From the NCBI GenBank assembly GCA_964252075.1, contig CAXULY010000016.1:47689-111688 (forward strand): 64,000 nt of DNA. The letters are read 5' to 3'. This DNA comes from an uncultured Deinococcaceae bacterium (GTDB taxonomy: Bacteria > Deinococcota > Deinococci > Deinococcales > Deinococcaceae). The position numbers were made by a program, and so were the translations under genes. Positions 33,038 to 44,720 of this stretch are shown here, in pieces. Positions within the stretch are counted from its first letter, which is position 1. Each line of letters opens with the position of its first letter. The notes beneath the pieces are model-generated. The model was not told the DNA's origin, searched no databases, and saw only the letters and a list, made by a program, of their open reading frames with translations.

Positions 33038-34133
33038 GGGCGTGAAAGGAGGGCATCTGGGCTTCGATGAGGTCCGCGAGGCTGGCCGCCGCGCCGCTCG
33101 AGGATCGGGCGAGCGCCGCCTGCTCCATCGCGTGGCGCCGGTCCGCTGCCAGACACTCTAGCACCGCCCGCGCGAGGTCCTCCGCCATCCTGGGCTGCTC
33201 CACCACCACGCCCGCGCCCGCCGCCTCCACCGCCCGCGCGTTCGCCAGCTGGTGACCCTCCGCGCTCTCCGGTAAGGGCACCATCACGAGCGGCACGCCG
33301 TGGAACGCCGCCTCCGCGATGGTGCCCGTGCCCGCCCGCGTCACCGCGAGGTCCGCCACCGACCACGCCGCGATGGAATCCACGTACCCGGACGCGTGGT
33401 ACCACGGGAGGTCCCGCACGCCCGGCGCGACCTCCGAGAGCCAGCGCGGTCCCGTGGAGTGCAGCACCTGAATGCTCTGCTCGCCCCGGATGCCCTCCTC
33501 CCCGAACGCCGCGCGCAGCGCCAGCGGCACCGCGCCGTTCAGCGCGACGCTGCCCTGCGAGCCGCCCATCACGAAGACCGTGAGGGGGCCGTCCTGCAGG
33601 CCCAGCTGCGCGAGCGCCTCCGCGCGCTCCAGGCGCTCCTCGCGCACCGGCATGCCCACCATGCGCGCGCGCTCGGGCGGGAGGCCCGCCACCTCGGGGT
33701 ACGCGGTGCCCACCACCCGCGCGCGGCGCGCCGCGAGGCGCTGCGTGAGGCCCAGCCGCGCGTTCTGCTCGTGCAGCACCGTGGAAATCCCGAGGTGCTG
33801 CGCCGCCAGCACGCCCGGCAGGCTCGCGAAACCCCCGAAGCCCACCACCACCTCGGGCCGCAGGCGCTTCAGCAGGCCGCGCGCCTCCAGCAGCCCGCGC
33901 CCCGCGCGCGCCACCTCGCCGGGACTGAAGCGCCCTTGGCCGGGCCGCACGAGCTTCCCGGCGCTCACCCCGTGGAATTCCAGGCCCTGCTCCGCCGCGA
34001 TGCGTTCCTCCATGCCGCCCGCCTGCCCCATCAGGGCCGCGCGGTGCCCGCGCGCCAGGAGTTCCCGCGCCACCGCCACCGCGGGATAAATGTGCCCGCC
34101 CGTTCCGCCCGTCGCCAAGACCACCGTACTCAT
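33030..34133 (-). CDS. murG: lipid II GlcNAc transferase MurG
   Basis: GGTGGHIYP, GFGGFAS, HEQN, GGSQGS, RAG, HQLANA. Confidence 0.96.
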   Translation of the reverse strand: MSTVVLATGGTGGHIYPAVAVARELLARGHRAALMGQAGGMEERIAAEQGLEFHGVSAGKLVRPGQGRFSPGEVARAGRGLLEARGLLKRLRPEVVVGFGGFASLPGVLAAQHLGISTVLHEQNARLGLTQRLAARRARVVGTAYPEVAGLPPERARMVGMPVREERLERAEALAQLGLQDGPLTVFVMGGSQGSVALNGAVPLALRAAFGEEGIRGEQSIQVLHSTGPRWLSEVAPGVRDLPWYHASGYVDSIAAWSVADLAVTRAGTGTIAEAAFHGVPLVMVPLPESAEGHQLANARAVEAAGAGVVVEQPRMAEDLARAVLECLAADRRHAMEQAALARSSSGAAASLADLIEAQMPSFHAHD

Positions 34134-34239
34134 CGGCAGACAGTCTAGGGGAGGGGAGGGCCGAGCGGGGCGCGCCGCCTGCACCGCGCAGCCATTTGGC
34201 CGATGCCCGTCCGGTGCGGCAGGGTGTACCCATGAGGGC

Positions 34240-34920
34240 ATGATGAACCCTGCCCCCATGCCCGTCCACCCTGCCCTCGCCCCTCGAGCTGGCGCCCCCG
34301 CGGCGCACGGGAGACCCCAGGACCACCCTCGAACGCATCAGCCCTGAAGCGCTGGACCTCGCCGCCCAGCGCCCCCTCTGGCGGGGCTTCTGGTCGCCCG
34401 GCGGCCTGGAACTCACGCACAGCGTCGCCACCGCCATGCGCCTGCCGCCCGGCGTCACCGTACTGGACGCGGGATGCGGCAGCGGTGAGGCCGCCATGTA
34501 CCTCGTGGGGACCCTCGGGTGGCAGGTCACGGCCACCGACCAGGACGATTTCGGCCTGGCGCTCGCGCGTGACAAGGCGAAGCACCCCGGGCCTCCCCCT
34601 GCGCACCGCGCGCGCGGACCTGCTGGCCCTGCCCTTCCCGGATGGGGCCTTCGACGGCGTGTTCGCGCAGGGCAGCTTCTTCATGCTGGGCGAGCGCCGC
34701 GAGCGGGCGGCGCGCGAGTGGGCGCGCGTCCTGAAGCCCGGCGGGGTGCTGGGCGTGAGCCGGCACTCCCCACAGCAGGTGACGCTGGAGGACACCGCGC
34801 AGCTGCTGCGCTCGGCGGGCCTCACGGTGGAACTCGCCGCCCTCCACCCGGACGGCGCGCGCCCTGAGCGCCGAGCGGGACCTGCTGGGCCTCGGCGTGC
34901 TGATCGCCCGCAGGGGCTGA
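34240..34920 (+). pseudogene. frameshifted class I SAM-dependent methyltransferase
   Basis: One frame gives SPGGLELT...VLDAGCGSG...; after about 34590 another frame gives ADLLALPFPDGAFDGV...RVLKPGG; boundaries approximate. Confidence 0.75.
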
Positions 34921-34975
34921 GCCGCAAGCAGGAGGGGCACGCGCCGAGACTGCGCGTGCCCCTCGTCCTTCCCCG

Positions 34976-36088
34976 TCAGTCGCCGGGGTTGGCCGCCGCG
35001 ACGCGCTCCTGCAGCTTCGCTTCCGGCACGTGACGGCGCACCTCGCGCAGCGCGGAGTGAATGAGCGCGAAGGCGAGGCTCATGGTGAGCAGCGAACTGA
35101 AGCCGTAACTCACCATGGGGAGCGGCACGCCCGTCACGGGGAAGAGGCCCGCCGCCACCGCGAGGTTCACGAAGGCCTGCCCCACCACCATGTACATCGC
35201 GCCGGTCGCCATGGTGCTCGCGGCGTGCACCTCGGGCGTCATGGGGCGCACGCGACCCGCGAGTTCCGACACCTGCAGTGCCGTGCTGACCACCAGCCAG
35301 TACGCGAAGATCACCATCACGACGCCCAGCAGGCCGTTCGAGAAGCCGATGGACGCCACGATCATGTCCGTGTGGTCCGCGCTGTACTGGTAGCGCAGGC
35401 CGTCCGGGCCCTGCCCCCACACGCCGCCGTTCGCGAGGTCGCGGTGCGCGAAGCCGATCTGGTCGAGGCCTAGGGTGGGGGTGGTGTCGCGCGTGATGTG
35501 CCCTAGGTACCTCTTGCGGATGTAATCGTGCGTCTCCAGGTACAGGCTCGCGAAGGGCAGCGCGATTAGGCCCAGCGCGAACAGCAGCCCGGAGATGCTC
35601 GTGAAGCGCACGCCCGCCGCGAACATCAGCACGATGCCGAGGCTGAAGATCAGCACGGTGGTGCCAAGGTCCGGTTCCAGCAGGACCAGCGCGGTCGTCA
35701 CGACGATCATCAGCGTGGCGGACAGCAGTTTGCGCTGCACGCCGCGGCGCGCGAAGAAACTCGCGAGTTGCAGGACCAGCGCGAGCTTCGCGAACTCCGA
35801 AGGCTGGAATTTGAAGATGCCGAGGTCCAGCCAGCGTTTGGTGTCCGAGCCGTTGCCGCCCACACCAATGACCAGCGTCACCGCGAGCATCGCGAGGCTC
35901 AGCAGCCACACGGGCGTGGCGAGCGCCATGAAGGCCTTGGGGCGCAGGCGCGACACGAGGAGCGTCACGACCGCCGCGATGGCGACCTTGCTGGCGTGGT
36001 CCGGGATGAGTTCCGGCGCGGCCGTCGCGACGCCCAGCAGGCCCAGGATCAGCAGGATGCACTGCGCGATCACGAGGTTCAGGCTCAC
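34976..36088 (-). CDS. ftsW: SEDS peptidoglycan polymerase FtsW
   Basis: KRWLDLG..FQPSEFAK, EPDLGT, HTDMI, PVTGVPLPMVSYG. Confidence 0.92.
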   Translation of the reverse strand: MSLNLVIAQCILLILGLLGVATAAPELIPDHASKVAIAAVVTLLVSRLRPKAFMALATPVWLLSLAMLAVTLVIGVGGNGSDTKRWLDLGIFKFQPSEFAKLALVLQLASFFARRGVQRKLLSATLMIVVTTALVLLEPDLGTTVLIFSLGIVLMFAAGVRFTSISGLLFALGLIALPFASLYLETHDYIRKRYLGHITRDTTPTLGLDQIGFAHRDLANGGVWGQGPDGLRYQYSADHTDMIVASIGFSNGLLGVVMVIFAYWLVVSTALQVSELAGRVRPMTPEVHAASTMATGAMYMVVGQAFVNLAVAAGLFPVTGVPLPMVSYGFSSLLTMSLAFALIHSALREVRRHVPEAKLQERVAAANPGD

Positions 36089-37398
36089 GCGCGCACCCCT
36101 TCCGCGGTGACGGCGCGCGCCGCCGCCGCGAAGGCCGCGCCGCGCGCCTTGTAGTCCGGGAACAGGTCGAAGCTCGTGCCGAGGGGCGCGAGCAGCACGG
36201 TCCCGCCGTCTAGTAGGGCCGCGCATGCCGCCTCGACCGCCGCGCGCATGATGGCCGCGCCGTCCGCGCCCTCCACGAGCGTGACCGGCAGGCCACAGGC
36301 GCGCTCGTAGTGCCGCGCGAACTTCGCGCCGTCCTCCCCGAAGCCGATCACGCGCGCGACCTTCTGCCGCGCGAGGTCCTCCAGCGCCTCCAGTTCCGCG
36401 CCCTTGTCGCGCCCACCCACCAGCCACGCGATGGGCGCCGCCGCGCGCTCCAGCGCCGCGCGCACCGCGAGCGTGCGGGTGGCGATGCTGTCCTCCACGA
36501 AGCGCACGCCGCCGCGCGCCGCGACCGTCTCGAAGCGCCCGGGAACGGGGGTGGTGTGTGCCAGGGCCGCGCGCCACTCGGGGGCGCTCACCGTGCGCCC
36601 GCCCGCGCGCAGCCACGCGTCCACTGCGAGCAGGGCCGCGGCGGCGTTCGCGGGGTGGTGGCCATCCGGCAGGTCACGGACGTCCGCGACTTCCTCGCCG
36701 TCCAGGTTCACGAGGCGCTCGGCGCTGAAGTGCCGCACGCGCGCCCGCGTGGGCAGGTCCAGGCCCTCCGGGAGCAGCAACCAGTCCTCGGGTATCTGCG
36801 CCGCCGTGATGTGGCGCTTCGCGGCGTGGTACGCTTCCACGCTGCCGTGGCGGTCCAGGTGATCCACGCCGAGGTTCGTGATGACCGCCACCTGCGGGCG
36901 GAAGCGATCCACGCGTTCCAGCTGGAAGCTGGACAGCTCGCACACCGCCACCTCGCACGCGCCCACGAGGTCCGTGAGGGGCGGGTCGAAGTTCCCGCCC
37001 AGCCCGGCGTTCACGCCGAGCGCGCGCAGCAGCTGCCAGATCAGGCTGCTCGTGCCGCCCTTCCCGGCGGTGCCCGTCACGCCGATGATGGGCAGTTCCG
37101 GGTGCGTCTCGAACACCAGTTCCGCCTCCCCGATCACGCGGGCGCCCAGCGCGCGCAGGGCCAGCAGGTCCGGATGGTCGATGGGCACGCCCGGCGCGGC
37201 CACCACGGTGGCGTGGGCGCCGCGCGGGTCGCCCGCCGGGGCGCCCAGCAGGGTCATGAGGGCAAGGCTCTCGGGGTCGGGGCGGGCGTCGAACCACGCG
37301 AAGGGACGCCCCTCACGCGCGAGCAGGCGGGCCACGCCGCGACCGCTGCGCCCGAGGCCGTACACCAAGAGGTCGGGGTGGGGCATGGCGGCATTCAC
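36085..37398 (-). CDS. murD: UDP-N-acetylmuramoyl-L-alanine--D-glutamate ligase
   Basis: GLGRSG, GVTGTAGK, ELSSFQL, DHLDRH, DSIAT, GGRDKG, SFDLF..YKARG; start 37398 or 37386. Confidence 0.95.
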   Translation of the reverse strand: MNAAMPHPDLLVYGLGRSGRGVARLLAREGRPFAWFDARPDPESLALMTLLGAPAGDPRGAHATVVAAPGVPIDHPDLLALRALGARVIGEAELVFETHPELPIIGVTGTAGKGGTSSLIWQLLRALGVNAGLGGNFDPPLTDLVGACEVAVCELSSFQLERVDRFRPQVAVITNLGVDHLDRHGSVEAYHAAKRHITAAQIPEDWLLLPEGLDLPTRARVRHFSAERLVNLDGEEVADVRDLPDGHHPANAAAALLAVDAWLRAGGRTVSAPEWRAALAHTTPVPGRFETVAARGGVRFVEDSIATRTLAVRAALERAAAPIAWLVGGRDKGAELEALEDLARQKVARVIGFGEDGAKFARHYERACGLPVTLVEGADGAAIMRAAVEAACAALLDGGTVLLAPLGTSFDLFPDYKARGAAFAAAARAVTAEGVRA

Positions 37399-37519
37399 TG
37401 AGCCTCAGGGTAATACAGATGCGCCGCTGGAAGGTCAAAACCCCGCTTTGGCGGCCACCATTCAGGGCTCAGCGCATGAAGCCAGCATGAAAGCGCCGCG
37501 CGGGTACACTGGGGCAGCT

Positions 37520-38590
37520 ATGTGGCTGAACCTGCTGCTCCTCTTCGTGCCCGTCGCCTTCGTGCTGGAGTACACGCACGCGAACGGCACCTGGGTGTTC
37601 GCGGCGAGCGCCCTCGCGATCCTGCCGCTCGCGGGCCTCATGGGCCGCGCCACCGAGGAACTCGCCGCGCGCACCGGCGCCACCATCGGCGGGCTCCTGA
37701 ACGCCACCTTCGGCAACGCGACGGAACTCATCATCGCGCTGTTCGCGCTGCGCGCCGGGCAGATCGAGGTGGTGAAGGCCAGCATCATCGGTTCCCTGCT
37801 CGGAAACCTGCTGCTCGTGATGGGCGCCTCCCTGCTGCTCGGCGGACTGAAGTACAAGGTGCAGCGCTTCAACCGCGGCAGCGCCACCACCATCACGTCC
37901 CTGCTCACCATCAGCGTGATCGCGCTCCTGATCCCCACCATCTTCAACCTGAGCGCGCGCGCGACCGTCGGCGCGGCGGGCGCCCAGCGCCTCGACGTGT
38001 CCCTGAGTGACGCGGCCGCCATCGTGCTGATCGTGCTGTACGCTGCGAACATCATCTTCACGCTCGTCACGCACCGCGACCACCTCGCGGGCGAGGACGA
38101 GGAGGGCGAGGCGCACGCGCCCGCCTGGAGTGTGCCTGTCGCGGTGGGCGTGCTGGTGGGCGCGACGGTGCTGGTGGGTTTCATGTCGGAGTTCCTGGTG
38201 GGCAGCCTGGAGACCGCCACGTCCGCGCTGGGCCTCAGCGAGTTCTTCGTGGGCCTCATCCTCATTCCGATCATCGGGAACGCGGCGGAACACGCCGCCG
38301 CCGTGACCTTCGCGCTCAAGAACAAGATGGACCTCGTGGTGGGCATCGCGCTGGGCTCCACCGTGCAGGTGGCGCTGCTCGTCGCGCCCGTGCTGGTCCT
38401 GGCGGGCCTGCTGTTCGGGCAGCCCATGGACCTCGTGGTGACGCCGCTGGAACTCGTGGCGGTCGCGGCGGCCGTCGTGATTGCGAACAGCGTCGTGCGG
38501 GACGGCGAGACGAACTGGCTGGAGGGCACGCTGCTGCTCGGCGTGTACGCCATCCTGGCCTTCGCGGTGTTCTACTTCCCCGCGAAGTGA
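37520..38590 (+). CDS. Ca2+/H+ antiporter (CAX family)
   Basis: GGLLNATFGNATELI and PIIGNAAEH alpha-repeat motifs, NWLEG. Confidence 0.93.
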   Translation: MWLNLLLLFVPVAFVLEYTHANGTWVFAASALAILPLAGLMGRATEELAARTGATIGGLLNATFGNATELIIALFALRAGQIEVVKASIIGSLLGNLLLVMGASLLLGGLKYKVQRFNRGSATTITSLLTISVIALLIPTIFNLSARATVGAAGAQRLDVSLSDAAAIVLIVLYAANIIFTLVTHRDHLAGEDEEGEAHAPAWSVPVAVGVLVGATVLVGFMSEFLVGSLETATSALGLSEFFVGLILIPIIGNAAEHAAAVTFALKNKMDLVVGIALGSTVQVALLVAPVLVLAGLLFGQPMDLVVTPLELVAVAAAVVIANSVVRDGETNWLEGTLLLGVYAILAFAVFYFPAK

Positions 38591-38623
38591 AGCGGGCCGG
38601 TCGCGCGACCGGCCCCCCTGCGA

Positions 38624-40426
38624 TCAGCTGCCGCGCGCGTCCAGCAGGCGTTCCAGCTGGTCCACCATGCGGCCCAGCGTCCGGAAGCCCCGCTCGATGG
38701 GCTCCGGCGTGCTGAGGTCCACGCCCGCGAGCTTCAGGGCCTCCAGGGACGGCAGGCTGGTGCCCGCGCGCAGGAACGCCAGGTAGTGATCCCGCGCGCC
38801 CGGCTCGCCCGCCAGCACGCCCTCGGAGAGCGCCGCCGCGCACGAGATGCCCACCGTGTACTCGAAGGTGTAGAACGGCGAGTACAGGTGCCCGAACTGC
38901 GCCCACATCATCGCGGCGCGCTCGTCCACTTCCACGTCCGGCCCGAAGCCCTCGCGCAGCAGCGCCGCCATGATGTCGCTCAGGCGGTCCGCCGTGAGGC
39001 CCTCGCCGCGGTCCACGGCGTCGTGCACCGCCAGCTCGAAGCGCGCCAGGAGCGGCATCTGGAAGAAGTACCGGTAGAAGTTCGCGAAGCCCTCGTCCAG
39101 CACCGCGAGTTGCAGTTCCGGGTCGCTCTCCTGCGCGAGCAGGTGCGCGCGCAGCAGCATCTGCCCGAAGTTCGACGGCACCTCGCACTCCAGGCTCCCC
39201 ATGTCGTGGTACACGGGCGGCTGCGCGGCGTTGAAGCTCACCTGGTGCATGGCGTGTCCCAGCTCGTGCGCCAGCACCCCTACGCTCGGGAAGGTGCCGG
39301 AGTAACTCATCAGCACGAAGGGCTGCGCCTCCATGCCCGCCGAGAACTGCGCGGCGGGCTTGCCCTCCGCCGGGAACACGTCCACCCAGCGGCCCTCCTC
39401 CAAGCCCCGGCGCAGGGTCTGCGCGTACTCCTCCCCGAGCGGCGCGACGCTCGCGAGGATCATCTCGGTCGCCTCCCCGTACGGGATGGCGCGCGCGCCG
39501 CGCGCGAGGGGCGCGTGCACGTCCTCCGGCCCCAGGCGCTCCACGCCCAGCGCGCGGCGCCGCACCTCGAAGTAGCGGTGCCACACGGGCGCGTTCGCCT
39601 GGAAGCCCTCCACCACCGCCTGCAGCGCCGCCATGGAGGAGCGCTTCTCGCCCAGCACGCCCGCCGCGCTCGACGGGTACCCGCGCACGCGCGCGTTGAA
39701 GGACGCCTGCTTCACGCGCGTGACGTACAGGTCCGCGAGGGTGTTGCGGTGCGCGAGGTACGCGTCCGCGAAGGACTCGAAGGCCGCGCGGCGCACGCTG
39801 CGGTCCGGGTCGTTCCACAGGCGCATCACGGTGCTCTGACTGACCGGCACCTCCCCGGCGGGCGTGCGGACGGGCGCGAACTGCAGGTCGGAGTCCGTGA
39901 GGCTCTCGTACGCGCGGCCCGTGCCGTCGAAGGGCAGCAGCGCCTGCCCCAGCACCGCCTCCACCTCCGCCGAACGCACGTGCGCCCGGCGCTCCTCAAT
40001 GCGCTGGAACAGCGCGCCGTACAGCGCGAGGTCCGGCTCGTCCCGCACCAGCTCGCGCACCCGCGCCTCCCCGAGCGCCAGGAACTCCGGCTCGAAGAAC
40101 GCGGCGGCGCTCGCCGCACGGGCGGGCAGGCCCGCCACGCGCGCCGCCCGGCCCCGCGCGGTCTGGTCGCGCGTGTCCAGCGCCGTGCCCAGGTACCCGT
40201 AGTAGTACACGCGGCGCATCCGCACCGTCACGTCGTCCGCCGCCCGCAGGTACGCGAGGAGCGACGCGCCGGAGGTGCCCAGCGTGCCCGCGTGGGCGGT
40301 GAGGGCGTCCACGGCGGCCTCCACCGCCTGCAATTCCGCCTCCCAGGCGTCGGGCGTGCTGAACAGGGCGGCGAGGTTCCAGGTGTAACGCGGGTCGATG
40401 CTCGCGCGGTCTGCAGCTTGCGTCAT
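38624..40426 (-). CDS. pepF: oligoendopeptidase F (peptidase M3B)
   Basis: YTWNL..LF, RWVDV, LAHELGHAMH (HExxH), HLY..FY. Confidence 0.88.
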   Translation of the reverse strand: MTQAADRASIDPRYTWNLAALFSTPDAWEAELQAVEAAVDALTAHAGTLGTSGASLLAYLRAADDVTVRMRRVYYYGYLGTALDTRDQTARGRAARVAGLPARAASAAAFFEPEFLALGEARVRELVRDEPDLALYGALFQRIEERRAHVRSAEVEAVLGQALLPFDGTGRAYESLTDSDLQFAPVRTPAGEVPVSQSTVMRLWNDPDRSVRRAAFESFADAYLAHRNTLADLYVTRVKQASFNARVRGYPSSAAGVLGEKRSSMAALQAVVEGFQANAPVWHRYFEVRRRALGVERLGPEDVHAPLARGARAIPYGEATEMILASVAPLGEEYAQTLRRGLEEGRWVDVFPAEGKPAAQFSAGMEAQPFVLMSYSGTFPSVGVLAHELGHAMHQVSFNAAQPPVYHDMGSLECEVPSNFGQMLLRAHLLAQESDPELQLAVLDEGFANFYRYFFQMPLLARFELAVHDAVDRGEGLTADRLSDIMAALLREGFGPDVEVDERAAMMWAQFGHLYSPFYTFEYTVGISCAAALSEGVLAGEPGARDHYLAFLRAGTSLPSLEALKLAGVDLSTPEPIERGFRTLGRMVDQLERLLDARGS

Positions 40427-40546
40427 GCCCCCGATTCAAGCACGGACGGCGCCAGGCTAGGCAAAAGGGCGTAGAGGTCGGGCGCTCTCAGGCCACCAAA
40501 GCGTCCGGGCCCGTGGAGTGCTTCCCACGGGCCCGGACGACCGACG

Positions 40547-40942
40547 TCACTCCTGGTGTTCCAGCCGGAAGCCGTGCGGCAGAAAATCCGCGACGGTGCC
40601 CGTCACGGCCTCGCCCAGGTGGTTCACGCAGGTCACGCTGGCGTCCGGCGCGAACTCGAACAGCACCTGACGGCACGCACCGCACGGACTGGCGGGCGGG
40701 CTGGACTCGCTGTACACCACCACCTCCGTGAAGCGCCGCTGCCCGGCCGTCGCGAGCGCCTGCACGGCGCTCTGCTCCGCGCAGCGGCCCAGGCCGTAAC
40801 TGGCGTTCTCCACGTTCGCGCCCGCGAACACACGGCCGTCCGGCGCGCGCAGCGCGGCGCCCACGTGGAAGTGACTGTAGGGGGCGTAGGCGTTCTTGAA
40901 GGCCGCCTGCGCGGCGGCGAGCAGTTCAGGGTCGGGCGTCAT
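40547..40942 (-). CDS. cdd: cytidine deaminase
   Basis: AYAPYSHFHVGAA, NVENASY, CAE, SPCGACRQ. Confidence 0.96.
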   Translation of the reverse strand: MTPDPELLAAAQAAFKNAYAPYSHFHVGAALRAPDGRVFAGANVENASYGLGRCAEQSAVQALATAGQRRFTEVVVYSESSPPASPCGACRQVLFEFAPDASVTCVNHLGEAVTGTVADFLPHGFRLEHQE

Positions 40943-40979
40943 GCGCCCCGACTCTAGAGCATCCCCGGCGAGGCGGGTG

Positions 40980-42335
40980 TCAGGCTTCACGCGGCTGCAC
41001 CTCCTCGACGGGCTCCTCGCCCTCCGCGTGCTGGGTGTTCAGGCGCGTGGCGCGCACGCGCGTGACGCGGCGCTGGTCGGCGGCCTCCACCGTGAACTCC
41101 CAGCCGAGGTAATCGAAGTGCTCGCCCGGTTCGGGGATGTACCCGAAGTGGTGCGTCACGAAGCCCGCGAGGGTGTCGAACTCGCCCTCCTCGTCGTCCT
41201 CCAGGCTGATGCCGAGGCGTTCCTCCACCTCGAAGCGCCCGAGCGCGGCGTCCATCAGGTACACGCCGTCCGCGAGCTGCACGACCTGGCTTTCCTCCTC
41301 CTCGTCCGTCTCGTCGTAGATCTCCCCGACGATTTCCTCCAACACGTCCTCCAGCGTCACGAGGCCGGAGGTGCCGCCGAACTCGTCCACCACGATCGCG
41401 AGGTGGCTCTTCTTCTCACGCATGAGGCGCATCAGGTCGCTCACGCGCATGCCTTCCGGCACGAAGAAAGTTGGGCGGATCACGTCGCGCACCACCTGCA
41501 CGTCCATGTCGTTCAGGTGCTTCAGCACGTCCGCCGTGTGAATGACGCCCACGATGTTGTCGGCGGTCTCGTCGAAGGCGGGCACGCGCGAGTACCCGTG
41601 CTCCGCGAAGACCTCCAGCACCCGTGTGAGGGGTGCCTGCGCGTCAATCACGACCATGTCCACGCGCGGCGTCATGATGGAGCGCACCATGGTGTCCGAC
41701 AGGTCGAAGACGTTGTACACGAGTTCCTTCTCGTCGTCCTCCAACACACCCTCCTGGCTGGACGCCGAGACGATCATGCGGATCTCCTCTTCGCTGTGCG
41801 CCGTGTGGTGCCCCGCGACGGGCTTGAAGCCGAAGGCGCGCAGCGCGAGGCCGCCCAGGCCGTTGAGGCCCAGGATGATGGGGCGGAAGATCGCCGTGAA
41901 CGCCACGAGCGGCGGCGTGAAGATCAGCGCGGCGCGCTCGTTGCGCTGCAGCGCCGCGGACTTCGGGAACAGCTCGCCGAACACGATGTGCAGCGTCGTG
42001 CTGAGCACGAAGGCCAGCAGGAAGCTCAGGGTGTGCTGCCAGTTCTCCGGGATGCTGAGGCGCGCGAACAGGGGCTCCGCGAGGTGCTCGATGGCGGGCT
42101 CCGCGATGAAGCCGATCAGGAGGGACATCATGGAAACGCCCAGCTGAATGCTCGCGATGTACAGGTTCAGGTCGGTCAGCACGCGCTGCACGAGGCGCGC
42201 GGCGGCGACGCCCTCATCGGCCAGCTGGTCGATGCGGGTGCGCCTCACGCTCACCAGGGCGTACTCGGCCGCCACGAAGTAACCATTGGCCAGCACCAGG
42301 AACAGCAGTGAGGCCACACGAATCCAATCATTCAT
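40980..42335 (-). CDS. HlyC/CorC (CNNM-CBS-CorC) Mg2+/Co2+ homeostasis protein
   Basis: [59 protein letters not shown]. Confidence 0.93.
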   Translation of the reverse strand: MNDWIRVASLLFLVLANGYFVAAEYALVSVRRTRIDQLADEGVAAARLVQRVLTDLNLYIASIQLGVSMMSLLIGFIAEPAIEHLAEPLFARLSIPENWQHTLSFLLAFVLSTTLHIVFGELFPKSAALQRNERAALIFTPPLVAFTAIFRPIILGLNGLGGLALRAFGFKPVAGHHTAHSEEEIRMIVSASSQEGVLEDDEKELVYNVFDLSDTMVRSIMTPRVDMVVIDAQAPLTRVLEVFAEHGYSRVPAFDETADNIVGVIHTADVLKHLNDMDVQVVRDVIRPTFFVPEGMRVSDLMRLMREKKSHLAIVVDEFGGTSGLVTLEDVLEEIVGEIYDETDEEEESQVVQLADGVYLMDAALGRFEVEERLGISLEDDEEGEFDTLAGFVTHHFGYIPEPGEHFDYLGWEFTVEAADQRRVTRVRATRLNTQHAEGEEPVEEVQPREA

Positions 42336-42547
42336 TTCTCAGGCGCGCTCCAACGCGCCGAAGCTGCCGCCCCACTGATTCGGGCACAGCTCCTCGGGAG
42401 ACGCGACCGGCGCTCCACGCTCTCACCCCGCGCGCCTTGCGGCGCGGCAACACGAAACGTCCGCCTGTGGCGTCTTTCACGCACGGCGGATCGAGCTCGG
42501 CGGTGAGCTGTGGGCAAGCCAGGTCCGCGACTGGGAGGCTCATCCAT
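42332..42547 (-). CDS. putative upstream ORF (MDEPPSR..., 71 aa) coupled to the corC-like gene
   Basis: TGcTAGAAT extended -10 at 42557-42565, ATG 9 nt downstream; stop overlaps corC ATG (ATGA). Confidence 0.45.
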   Translation of the reverse strand: MDEPPSRGPGLPTAHRRARSAVRERRHRRTFRVAAPQGARGESVERRSRLPRSCARISGAAASARWSAPEK

Positions 42548-42595
42548 CAGACGTGCATTCTAGCACACCGGGGGCGTGCGCGCTTCAGCGTTCGG

Positions 42596-42958
42596 TCAGG
42601 CGCCCAGGCGCTCCAGCAGGCGCGGCAGCAACTCCACCAGCGCCACCAGCAGCGCGCCCGCGCTGGCGAGCAGGACCGCGCCCGCCGCCGCGTCCTTCGC
42701 CGCACCGATGCCCGGGTGGCGCTCGGGGTGCAGGCGGTCCAGCGCCGCCTCCAGCGCGGAGTTCATGAGTTCCAGGCTCAGCACCAGCGCGCACGAGAGC
42801 AGGATGGGGGAGAGCGGCGCGCGCAGCCACAGCGCGAACCCCACGGCCAGCGCGGCGCACACCAGCTCCACCCGGAAGTTGCGCTGCGTGCGCCACCCGT
42901 GCGCCACGCCCCGCCCCGCGTGCGTGAAGCCGCGCAGGAAGGCCCGCACCTCCCGCAC
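42596..42958 (-). CDS. dgkA: diacylglycerol/undecaprenol kinase
   Basis: QRNFRVE, ELMNSALE, AKDAAAGAVL. Confidence 0.9.
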   Translation of the reverse strand: MREVRAFLRGFTHAGRGVAHGWRTQRNFRVELVCAALAVGFALWLRAPLSPILLSCALVLSLELMNSALEAALDRLHPERHPGIGAAKDAAAGAVLLASAGALLVALVELLPRLLERLGA

Positions 42959-43423
42959 TCAGGCGCCCGGCAGCGCCCGCTCGGCCGCCTGCCACGACGC
43001 GTGGAAGGGCGCCCACTCCGGGCCGGTGGCGCCCTCCTCGAAGCCCAGGCCCTCGGCGTGCGGGTGGTCGTACCCGGCGAGGTGCGTGAGGCCGTGGCTG
43101 GCGAGCAGCGCCACCTCCCGCGCGAGGCTGTGCCCGCGCGCCTGCGCCTGACGCGCCGCGGTGTCCAGGCTGATGAAGATGTCGCCCAGGTGCGGCGGCA
43201 CGAAGGGATCGCCGGGCACATAGGTGGGGAAGCTCAGCACGTCCGTCGCGGCGTCCTCCCCCCAGTGCTCGCGCTTCAGCGCGCGGATGGCCTGATCGCC
43301 CAGCAGCACCACCGTCACGCTCTTGTCCGGCAGGCCGAGGTGCTCCAGCACGGCGTCCACCGCCGCGCGCAGGGCGGGCCGCACCCCAGCGGGCGGCGTC
43401 TTGCGGATCACGAGGTCCAGCAT
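42959..43423 (-). CDS. ybeY: rRNA maturation endoribonuclease YbeY
   Basis: TDVLSF, LGDIFIS, HGLTHLAGYDH. Confidence 0.93.
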   Translation of the reverse strand: MLDLVIRKTPPAGVRPALRAAVDAVLEHLGLPDKSVTVVLLGDQAIRALKREHWGEDAATDVLSFPTYVPGDPFVPPHLGDIFISLDTAARQAQARGHSLAREVALLASHGLTHLAGYDHPHAEGLGFEEGATGPEWAPFHASWQAAERALPGA

Positions 43424-43476
43424 CAGCACGCAGCATAAAGCGGGCGGCCATGTGGCCGCCCGCTGCAGTGACAATC

Positions 43477-44505
<1,029 letters not shown>

Positions 44506-44720
44506 GCGTTCTCCAGGTGTCTCTGCAACACGGCGGCAATCCCCCACGTGGCATCACGTGCGGGAAGGAGGGGGCTGGGCGTCATTCGGTCCACTCATTT
44601 TGGCTCCAGCGGAACTCCGGGGGCGTGGTGCACTCCACATTGTGCAGGTGGCATAAAGAACAGGCATCCGCCAGGGCGCGCAGGGCGGCTCCGCCAGATG
44701 GACGGCGCGAAGCCCGGATA

